A stretch of DNA of 63,632 nt, the filler included, from Octopus bimaculoides (lineage: Eukaryota): assembly GCF_001194135.2 (NCBI RefSeq). It is 7 parts of 7 records of this genome, joined end to end, with 100 filler letters (N's around TTAATTAATTAA, not from the genome) between each part and the next. Parts side by side here need not be neighbours in the genome. Positions count along the whole stretch, not along the records: positions 46,792 to 56,397 come from NC_068984.1; positions 56,498 to 61,488 come from NC_069002.1; positions 61,589 to 63,632 come from NW_026438877.1; 4 more parts are not named here. One strand, 5' to 3'. Position numbers and translations under genes: made by a program. This document shows, in pieces, positions 54,093-63,632 of this stretch. Below the pieces are notes generated by a model. It searched no databases. It was not told the origin of the DNA and was given only the letters and a program-made list of their open reading frames with translations. The first letter of the stretch is position 1, and each line of letters begins with the position of its first letter.

Positions 54093-55495
54093 TATGGTTT
54101 ACAAATTTGTAGGAGCTAATATGTAGAGTCTAGACTGGCATTCCATGGATATTAATGAGATTTGTCTGGCAGGTTTAGTATTATTTTTTGACTGAGACAT
54201 TTAATCCTCTCAGACTTTGGCCCCTGTGTCTAACTTTACCCTCTACTTGGGTTCCTGAGCAAACAAATAAATAGTTGCATACACAGTTCAAGAGTAACGA
54301 TTGCTGCCAAACTAATGGACAGAATCTCCCCCCCCCCACCCAACACCAAATTCTGGAGAATAACAGTAAATAAGCTTACCACTCAATTACTTCCTTAATA
54401 TGCTAGTCAGACCCTTGTTTGATACATATACATAAATACTTTTTGCAGAGGCTGCACTACATTGTTGTCTTCACCACCTTGTCTGGGATGTCTTTATAAA
54501 CTATTCCAGGATTATTCCTTTTGTATTTCAGGTGTTTTTCACAGCACAAAACACATATATGGTGTGTAGATGTATCAGTTGGTACTTCTGGGAAGTGAGG
54601 CCCTTGGGTATGGTGTAGGTTGCATGGCTCTTTTCATGCACAAATGAGTAGGCAAGCAATAATTTTCAATGAAAGCAAGACAAATTCCTGAATGTACCTA
54701 ATGAAAAACATTTGGGGAGAGTCTGCTGCCTTTTAGCATTGAAAAAAAAAATGAAAGAATTATAACAAGTCCACGATGTCAGCACATCATGAGATTGCAA
54801 TAATTTCCTGCCATGGCCTGAATGCTTGAAAATTTCATTAATTTTAGGTTATTGCAATCTTATGATGTGCTGACAGTCTTTAGAGTTCTTTAACTTTTAA
54901 ACAGTGGGAAAGGGTTGCATGAATGTGTGTGCCAAACAAGCAAAAAACCAAAAAAATCTTCATTTCTTAAGAGTAATTATATTCATTTTCCCTTTAAATA
55001 AGTGCAAAAACTATGAAAAGTTACAATCTCATTACCAAAAGTGCCGTAAAATATTCACTTTCTTTTGCATATCCAACATGAATATGAATTCATTTGAGAT
55101 TCTCACGTTGTTTCAAATGAATGTACAAATAGAGGAAAATCAGTGCATTTTTTCCATCCAGAGCTTGAAGCATTACTTTCTTCAGTGCTATCTAGATCAT
55201 CATCATCATCTACCTCATCTGAAGAAGGAAAGTCAGAAAAAAATCATCACTGTACAAATCTTCCATTTGTAACTTGATTTCTCCTCTCAGTAATGGCCAC
55301 ATTCGATGAAGTAGTCACTTGGGCATAAATTGATGATGACCATATTGATGAAAAATTTTTGAAATATCAATTAATGATGTCCATCGTTTAAAGCTTAAAT
55401 TTCTCAGTCAAAAATTAACACTAAATCTGGTGGACAATTCTCTTTAATATCCAGTCTAGACTTTACACATTAGCTTCTACTAATATGAAACCACA
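54093..55495 (-). mobile_element. Internally deleted piggyBac-like element
   Basis: Acidic N-terminus (DFPSSDEVDDDDDLDS..GWKKCTDFPLF; EYFTALF.NEIV) and C-terminal cysteine-rich domain (CVLC...KT..CSLCKKYLC); catalytic core absent; ~45-bp imperfect inverted repeats at 54093-54138 / 55451-55495. Confidence 0.6.
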
Positions 55496-55695
55496 GTCTG
55501 TTCCCCTCAAAAATACCTACCTCTCATCTCTATAGCCTATATCTGTGGTTTAGGATATGTAATTTAGTTTAAGTATAGAATACTCAAACTTCACCCTGAA
55601 ACTTATTCTCTGTGTATGTGGGTTTTTTCTGCTCTCACTGTTATCCATTTCTCACCTATGGATATCAGTTTCACAAATTTTCAGTTACTCTGGCT

Positions 55696-56396
55696 CATTC
55701 TATATTTACTGTGTCCAAGCGATAGAAATCCCTAAAATACCTTGTGCTTTTGAATAACCCTCTCTCTTTTAATCTGTCTCTTTCGATTTCACTCCCTCTC
55801 TGTTTTAATCTGTCTCTCTCGATATCTATTTCACTATGTCTATCTCGACCCCACTCCCTCTCTATATCTCTTCTCCTCCCCCTTCGATTAACTCCTTGCT
55901 CTGCGCGGGTTTTGGCTGGTTTTGGCTATATAACTAGCACGCGCGATCGATTCCTTCACTCGTTCCTAAAATCTTTGCCGAATTAATACAACCATAAAAG
56001 GATGATCAGATAAGTCTTTCTCTGTCTTCTAGCCATGCTTTTACTTTCTATTTATTTATGCCTTGATCTTTACATACCTTACACAGTGCTTATTTCATGT
56101 TTTCAATTGTATTTCCTCACACAGTCACTTAACGCTATAAGTTTGTCTTAGGGTTAGCTGGCCGAATTTTTACCATTCTATATTTACTGTGTCCAAGCGA
56201 TAGAAATCCCTAAAATACCTCGTGCTTTGGAGTAACCCTCTCTCTTTTAATCTGTCTCTTTCGATTTCACTCCCTCTCTGTTTTAATCTGTCTCTCTCGA
56301 TATCTATTTCACTATGTCTATCTCGATCCCACTCCCTCTTTATATCTCTTCTTCTCCTCCCCCTTCGATTTAACTCCTTGCTCCGCGCGGGTTTGG
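55696..56396. repeat. Near-identical ~225-bp direct duplication (55696-55925 and 56174-56396)
   Basis: Direct alignment; the second copy ends at an assembly spacer. Confidence 0.85.
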
Positions 56397-56532
56397 TNNN
56401 NNNNNNNNNNNNNNNNNNNNNNNNNNNNNNNNNNNNNNNNNTTAATTAATTAANNNNNNNNNNNNNNNNNNNNNNNNNNNNNNNNNNNNNNNNNNNNATA
56501 TATATATATATATATATATATATACAGTGTAT

Positions 56533-56591
56533 ATCTCACTGATGAGGCAGAGTATATTTTTTATAGAGAGCCAGAAATCCGGATCTGAGAT
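56533..56591 (+). ncRNA. Minimal type-I hammerhead ribozyme-like motif
   Basis: AUCUCA-CUGAUGA-GGC[21 nt]GCC-A-GAAA-UCCGGA-UC/UGAGAU: 6-bp perfect helix I, palindromic helix III AUCCGGAU, AUC site, one extra A before G12. Confidence 0.6.
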
Positions 56592-56726
56592 TATCCAATA
56601 ATTTTTTGCTAGTTTTTTTGTCTATTTGTCTTTTCACCTGGTGCTCCAGTCAAGGAATATGAAGTATTTTAAGAGTCAAGTTTTGACAGCTATCTCTAGC
56701 ATGGTGGTATCTCTTAGATACCCTTA

Positions 56727-56892
56727 ATTATAATTCTAATAATAATTAATACCTGTAAGGTTTTTATTCCCATGCTGGCCACTTAATTATAATTCTAATA
56801 ATAATTAATACTTTTTGAGGTTTTTATTCCCATGCTGCCCACTTGATATGATCTTGAGGTTTTTATTCCCATGCTGGCCACTTGATATGATC
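56727..56892. repeat. Mosaic tandem repeat (~59-bp unit x2 overlapping a ~36-bp unit x2; shared core aggtttttattcccatgctggccactt)
   Basis: Direct reading. Confidence 0.85.
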
Positions 56893-57374
56893 TTATCCTT
56901 ATTTATATAAAAATTTATATTTATAATATACGTATATACACACACACATACGCATATATATACATCTCTCTCTTTCCTATCTAGGTATATATAGTTATAT
57001 ATGTGTGTGCGTGCATGTATACATACATACACATACATGCTCTTAACTCGTTAATCGTTACTCGTTATTCGTTACTTTCATTCTCATAGCCCCCCCCCCC
57101 CACTGTGGCTTGCGTTTTTGGTGACTGAGGCAAGCTGGCTATTCCTACTCTCATTTGCGGTTCTTGGTCTGACGAAGATTCTTCAATTTGCAGTGTTTAT
57201 ACAAGAATAACCACTCCGCTCGTGCTGGTCTGTTAAAGTCGTTAGTTTAACATGGAGACGCGCTGTTACTTTCATTGCCCCCTTTATGTGGACTGTTTAC
57301 CAGTAAACACAGGGAATAATATGTTCACCAGAAGACAGAAAGAAGACATTGCGGAAACTGAATGTCTGAAATGA

Positions 57375-57580
57375 ATGCAAGGTTTCAAATTTAGGGCAAG
57401 GATATAATTAATTAAATCAACCTCTTTTCATCGTTTTCAGTGTATTTTATCGACTCTAAGCGGTTGAAAAGTTGGGTCCATTTAGTAGCAATTTGAACTT
57501 AGAATGCATTGGGCCATAAAGTACCAGAGTTTAATTATAAGCATTTTCTGATGCTTTAACGATTCTGCCAATGTACTGCC
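57375..57580 (-). mobile_element. SINE family C, degenerate
   Basis: ggtttcaaattt..tttatcgac..tttgaacttagaat..taacgattctgcca. Confidence 0.55.
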
Positions 57581-57779
57581 TTATAAATATAGGCCGTAGT
57601 CGTCACTTGCAAGCGAGTATGGCCTGAAAGGTAATATCATGCTTCCATTAATTGTTTTATTTGCCTATATCGTAGCAAGCAGGTATAGACACCCATCTCA
57701 CCTTTGAACTAGCGGAGAGCTAGAGAGAGGGGGAGGAGCGAGAGAGAAAACTGCACTAGTACTTGGCAAGTATTGAGCT

Positions 57780-57905
57780 TCAGGTGTGTAGACTGGAGCA
57801 ATGAAATGTCTTGCCTAAGGACTCAACACACTCTCCAGTCAAGGAATCGAACATACAAACTCACAATCGTGAGCCCACCATCTTAACAACAAGGCCGTGT
57901 ACCTT
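57780..57905 (-). mobile_element. SINE family B head, degenerate
   Basis: gtcttgcctaaggactcaac..ggaatcgaac..caatcgtgagccc. Confidence 0.5.
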
Positions 57906-58949
57906 CTGCCTTTACGACCTGTAAATAACAATTCTATCGTAGGATTAACTTTCAAAACAACATCGCTTTTCCTTCCGTTCAGTATCTGTTCGACTAAAAG
58001 TCATTGTAATCAGGTGACTTAATGTTTTATTGAAAGAAAACCGTTCGTTAGAAAAGAAAAGCACCATACTTTTTATGAGACTCCATTAGGATCTATTCAT
58101 TAATATTAGACTAGAGGCTTTCGGGAGTTTAACAAAAAAATCATGCTTATAAAACATCAAAATTTAAGATGGCCGACATTTCTATAAAATAACGCTTTTC
58201 TTTTGCCACATGTGTCGTAAGATGAGATTATTTAAAGACACATTATAGCGGAGACATATTTAACGAAAGAGTTCAATTCTGCATTTTCATTCATTTAATA
58301 CAGATTTTTTTCATTCGATTCACTGATTGTACGGAATCAAAGGTTTTATAAGAATTTCTGTACTAAAAATACATTTCCGTTGCTGCTTTCTTTTTGTTTC
58401 TATTACAGCGTTTGCTAATTCGGGTGGTTTTTGCGTGCGCTTTAGGGTGGAGTCATGTATAGACATGAGTAGAACGTAGTTAAACATAGCCAATATCTGG
58501 CCGTTACCGCGACACTAGTTGTGTGCCATTAAGGACGCAGTATTTGAGTCCTACACAGAGGTCGGATTATTTTTATCTTTGAAGTAATATTTCACTGAAT
58601 TTTAAATTAATCCAGCAGAAGTCTTTGAGTTCTAAGTGTCTTATGCACGATTTGTTTGCTTACAACATTTTTTTGGTGTCATTTCCTTCAGAAATTCATA
58701 CACTATTAGTCATAAGTGTCTAGTGTTAGTCATAACTATTACACCTTTAGTCATAATTGCCAGACCATTAATCATAGCTGTCTTTGCGGCGTAACTCAAC
58801 TTAGAGCCAAACCGGGATCGCAGAATGGTTTTCCAGCGAAACAGTGTTCATTACTTGAAGAACTCCTTGCAGAGTTCCAGATAAAGAGACACCGAGAAAA
58901 ATGTCTAAAATTATTCCTTACCAATGTAGAACATTTCCGCTAAACGGAC

Positions 58950-60602
58950 GCTTACAGAACTCTATTTTGGTAATGATGAATTTTTGCTTTTCATTCTGCT
59001 TCCTGTAATAAATTTAGACATTCTATTTGAAATTCAGAAATTGTAAGTTTGCAAGAGCAAGGAATATGCGAGTGCACAGTCCTGAAGAAAATAGATAAGT
59101 TCCACATGGGTATTTGAAAGTGTTTCTTCTGTAAGAAAGAGGACAAGGAAATTGTTCTCCATGAAGAGACGCAGGTATAAAGAAGCTGATTACAGAGGAA
59201 AAGAAGGGCACCTATCTCTTGAGGAAAATAGGTAGAGTAAATCTTATTACAATGCAGAATAATTACTGCGTGACATGTCTACCAAGGTGAGAAATCAAAT
59301 CGTAATCTCCCTGACAAGCAGAGCCAAACACCTGGGGAAAAATCCAGCTGAGAAAATGAACGCTTCTCAAGCATTTGTAAAACTGACCATTTATATTAAG
59401 ACATCAGTGATCACAGAAACTCTCTTCTTCAAAACTAGATGAGAACTGCTCGGGTTTTATTCTGTGAAGGTGGTACATCATGAACAGGACCAGGTCAACA
59501 AGACTAGGTTTAAAGGACGTCTACATGAACGATTCCCAGAGGTACGAGAGCAAAATATTAGATGAAGTGGCGGTTTTGTTTTTATGTGGTTCTCGTCTTC
59601 AAGGAAGACATAATAAATATATGAAAGATTGCTCTGAAGTTTCGAAATTTTTCAGAAGATTCTCTTATCTTGACCCGAGCTGCTGCGTGAGTCACTAAAG
59701 ACTACAGAAAGCAGTATGTGGTACATCAGGGCAAGATGTGAAGTCTATTCGTGCCAGCATTTCCATACGAAACCGAGAAGGTGGACACCATGGTTTTAGT
59801 TTACGTATTGCATACAACAGTAGAGCATAAGAAAGAAAAACTATTGAAATGCGTTTCTTGGATAGAGGTGTCGTAGTCACCCTTGTAGACACTTTCTATG
59901 ATCTGAGAGTGATTCAACTTTCGACTGACATGTGTGTTCCTTGCAATGCACACAAAGTGCAAGTTTTACCCCATCAACACCATCTGTTTAAACCGGGAGA
60001 AGCTACAAACACGAGTTGCATCAGTGTTCCAAGAACTGAGACCAGGTTTCTAGTTTATGGCTACAGTGCTATTTCACTCTCCTCTCTCTCTTACTCCCCT
60101 CTCTCTCTTTCTCCCCTCTCTCTCTTTCTCCCCCCTCCCCTCTCTCTCTTTCTCCCCCTCCCCTCTCTCTCTNNNNNNNNNNCTCTCCCACTAGTTTCGT
60201 AGGCCCTTCAAAAGGTTATGAGCACTGCTTTCCCTCTGGAATAAAAGATTATTTAAAATCTTGTGAAGAAGCAATCACTGAATGTGTTTGAATGTCAGTC
60301 ATCCAGATCACTACTTGATACATTGCACGTGGGGCATGTTGGATAAATGTATCGCCAGTGGATGGCAGTTTGCCCAAGAATTCTTTTATTTCCTTCTGAG
60401 ACGGTTCAACGCATTGGTTTTGTGATATTGGATAACAATAAATCGCTCGAGATTCTTCAAAGATCAGTTGTCAACATATAACAGCTCAAAGGAATCATTT
60501 GCCAAATGTACAAACACCTGGAACGCCTTCATCGAACGCACAGGGCTACCAAAACGACTTCTCGTTGCTGAAGGCAGGAGTTATGCTGTAACCTGATGAG
60601 TG
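58950..60602 (+). mobile_element. Academ-like DNA transposon remnant (XPG/PIN-type nuclease region); segment 60031-60602 inverted
   Basis: KCFFCKK; LLRKIGRVNLITMQNNYC..CL; VNKTRFKGRLHERFPE; EKVDTMVL..H; D.GVVVTLVDTFYDL; and on the minus strand SGYSITPAF..KSFW, LERFIV, KLPSTGDTFIQHAPRAMYQ..IW. These match the EEADT/DTDV/GCD/PPT..AL..H..RA.YQ motifs of Academ-type proteins as I recall them. Confidence 0.65.
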
Positions 60603-60615
60603 TTCGACTCCAGTG

Positions 60616-60922
60616 TGGAGGGCGAGGCGCTTAATGGTTAGGGCATTCGGCTCACGGTCATGACTTCGATTCTTGGTGGTGTGCTGTGTCTTTGGGCAAG
60701 ACACTTTATTTGAAGTTGCTCTACTCCACACCTGGCTAAAATGAGTAATACCTGTATTTCAAAGGGGCCAGCCTTGTCACATTCTGTGTCCCGCTGAACC
60801 TCCCTGAGAACTAAATTAAGGGTACGCGTGTCTGTGGAATTCTCAGCCACTTGCACTTTAATTTCACGAGCAGGGCTGTTCCGTCGATCGGATGAACTAG
60901 GACAATCGTCGTCGTAGCCGCC
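60616..60922 (+). mobile_element. SINE family B
   Basis: Head ggcgaggcgcttaatggttagggcattcggctcacg and full body. Confidence 0.85.
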
Positions 60923-60949
60923 GAAATTTTTTTTTTGATTTTTTAATTG

Positions 60950-61095
60950 ACTCCAGCACTTGGCTGCGGCATCGTTTTATCGAGCCCCGAGGAGGGGAAA
61001 CAACATAGTTGTAAAAAAGACGAACGTAAAAAAGAAAAAAAAGCATAAAACCTTTTGCTTTCGACACTTCAACGATTCTAGCAACCCGCTGCCTT
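60950..61095 (-). mobile_element. SINE family C, degenerate
   Basis: gactccagcact..ttttatcga.ccccga..aacgattctagcaacccgctgcctt. Confidence 0.5.
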
Positions 61096-61161
61096 CACTA
61101 GCTTTTTGATAAATGCCGTTGACACTTGGTTGAATTTTGTACGTGTCTCTGGACTTGAGAT

Positions 61162-61205
<44 letters not shown>

Positions 61206-61639
61206 ATTTGTCATAAATATCGGGATCAATGATGTAAACTACTTTAATAATTTTTGCTTGAATTTTTAAAATTATGTTTTAAATAATTTTTTAGATGCAT
61301 ATTTTTTGAAAAAAAAAAAAACTTCGAAGAGTTCCTCGGCTAATATTCATTACCAGTCACCCCCAAGAGAGTTTCATGCCGAATACGATGCTTTTATCTG
61401 GCGGGTAATGATAGTTTGATGAAGACACCTGACTAATGCATTTTAATTAAAACATGAGGTGTGGTGGATGGCATCCGTGGGTGGAGTGNNNNNNNNNNNN
61501 NNNNNNNNNNNNNNNNNNNNNNNNNNNNNNNNTTAATTAATTAANNNNNNNNNNNNNNNNNNNNNNNNNNNNNNNNNNNNNNNNNNNNCCTATTGATGCA
61601 ATACAATATCCCCTCCGCAAAAGATGCAGCACACACCAC

Positions 61640-63632
61640 TCCATCAGCACAAAGGTGACACAATGACGCAATAGAAAGTTGCATGAACTTATCAGATGTC
61701 GAAAAATAATAGTGGTAATGACGGTGGTGACGGGATTTACCTTACCTCACTTTCTGAGAGACATGAGTTTTCGAAGAAACTCTGGCTGTAACAGCGAAAG
61801 TGAAGCTGGACATTTAAGGGAAGGCCTCTCACTTGGCAGTAGTTCAGTAAAGATGCAGACTGACCACAGTTGTTATCCTAAGACAACATCAGCAGATAAT
61901 TGAGTGAGAAGAAAACAGGTTTGTGATGTGTTACTTAGAAAGTGAACCTAAAAGAAGGGTCTATAGAAAAACGATATTAACAGTTTGGGTAGAGAGGCGT
62001 ATGCTTAAAGTGACATTAGTAGATCAAGCTAATGCTATTAGAGATTAGTAGATCAAGCTAATGCTATTAGGAGAAGAAAGTGGATTGAAGGTAGAAGAGA
62101 TTGGAGGCAGAAGGATTGGAGGTAGAAGAGATCACGAAAACTGGAAGAGAAAGACCTGGCAGTAGGAAAGACAAACAACAACATAAAAGATACAGCTCAA
62201 ATCAAAGAAGAACTGGAAGGAAATAATAATAATAATAATAATGATAATAATAGCGCTCCCAATAAGAAAGCGACAACTAGCACCCGTGAATTAAGTGAGG
62301 AAAATCAGAAGATTTTAGATGAGTTTCAGGAAGTACTGAGTAAAGAAATAAGAAAATGATNNNNNNNNNNNNNNNNNNNNNNNNNNNNNNNNNNNNNNNN
62401 NNNNNNNNNNNNNNNNNNNNNNNNNNNNNNNNNNNNNNNNNNNNNNNNNNNNNNNNNNNNNNNNNNNNNNNNNNNNNNNNNNNNNNNNNNNNNNNNNNNN
62501 NNNNNNNNNNNNNNNNNNNNNNNNNNNNNNNNNNNNNNNNNNNNNNNNNNNNNNNNNNNNNNNNNNNNNNNNNNNNNNNNNNNNNNNNNNNNNNNNNNNN
62601 NNNNNNNNNNNNNNNNNNNNNNNNNNNNNNNNNNNNNNNNNNNNNNNNNNNNNNNNNNNNNNNNNNNNNNNNNNNNNNNNNNNNNNNNNNNNNNNNNNNN
62701 NNNNNNNNNNNNNNNNNNNNNNNNNNNNNNNNNNNNNNNNNNNNNNNNNNNNNNNNNNNNNNNNNNNNNNNNNNNNNNNNNNNNNNNNNNNNNNNNNNNN
62801 NNNNNNNNNNNNNNNNNNNNNNNNNNNNNNNNNNNNNNNNNNNNNNNNNNNNNNNNNNNNNNNNNNNNNNNNNNNNNNNNNNNNNNNNNNNNNNNNNNNN
62901 NNNNNNNNNNNNNNNNNNNNNNNNNNNNNNNNNNNNNNNNNNNNNNNNNNNNNNNNNNNNNNNNNNNNNNNNNNNNNNNNNNNNNNNNNNNNNNNNNNNN
63001 NNNNNNNNNNNNNNNNNNNNNNNNNNNNNNNNNNNNNNNNNNNNNNNNNNNNNNNNNNNNNNNNNNNNNNNNNNNNNNNNNNNNNNNNNNNNNNNNNNNN
63101 NNNNNNNNNNNNNNNNNNNNNNNNNNNNNNNNNNNNNNNNNNNNNNNNNNNNNNNNNNNNNNNNNNNNNNNNNNNNNNNNNNNNNNNNNNNNNNNNNNNN
63201 NNNNNNNNNNNNNNNNNNNNNNNNNNNNNNNNNNNNNNNNNNNNNNNNNNNNNNNNNNNNNNNNNNNNNNNNNNNNNNNNNNNNNNNNCCGAATTGTAAG
63301 GGCCCAGGAGCAGATTTATTTCAAGAATACTGGTTAAAGAAATTTTGTAGTTTACATAGGAGGCTGAAGGAACAACCTCAGGATTGCCTTAATGGAGGAA
63401 TAATACCAGATTACTAAACGGAGGATAATACTCAATATGAAAGATAAGAGCAACGGTAATACAGCTAACAACGACGGACCAATCACTTGCTAACCATTAG
63501 TGTGGAAGCTGGTAACAGGAATACTTTCAAAGCATTTACGAACATCTTGAAAGCCAGGATTTACTGCCAGAAGAACAGAAAGGTTGCAGGAAGAAGGCTA
63601 GATGAACGCTTGATCGATTATATATAGACAAA
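61640..63632 (+). mobile_element. R4/Dong-clade LINE, N-terminal region and start of RT (gap 62361-63288)
   Basis: After the gap: PNCKGPGAD..QEYWLKKF..LH.RL; PITC..L.WKL.TGI; LLPEEQKGCR. The pre-gap part is assigned by adjacency only. Confidence 0.7.

Noticed and set aside
39645-62070. Short direct repeats (39645, 56727, 62016) as possible CRISPR-like arrays
   Set aside because: Head-to-tail tandem units with no unique spacers, in a eukaryotic context.

Overview
AT-rich eukaryotic draft-assembly DNA, dense in microsatellites and tRNA-headed SINEs; the repeat content resembles a coleoid cephalopod (Octopus-like; inference). Six identical 100-nt spacers (N-run, TTAATTAATTAA, N-run) split the window into seven blocks that may be unrelated scaffolds, so adjacency across them should not be trusted. 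The only host coding sequence I recognise is two consecutive minus-strand exons of glutamate-cysteine ligase catalytic subunit (GCLC; 25101-25205 and 24012-24093). The rest is transposon debris: RTE, R4/Dong, Tx1 and Penelope retroelements; mariner, pogo-type MITE, piggyBac and Academ-like DNA transposons; and at least four SINE-like families. Almost all long ORFs in the supplied track are N-gap or microsatellite artefacts. The most interesting signals are: (i) dispersed minimal type-I hammerhead-ribozyme-like motifs with palindromic helix III (32381-32415, 56533-56591, and relics at 8259-8308, 6236-6272 and 11524-11625); (ii) a ~325-bp bipartite RTE element joining a structured 5' UTR to the 3' end; (iii) apparent microsatellite-targeted insertion of Tx1 (TATC) and Dong (TAA) LINEs; (iv) a clean in-frame inversion inside an Academ-like element. 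No CRISPR array, rRNA or bona fide tRNA gene was found. I cannot show that any of this is a wholly new system; everything was read by eye without database searches.
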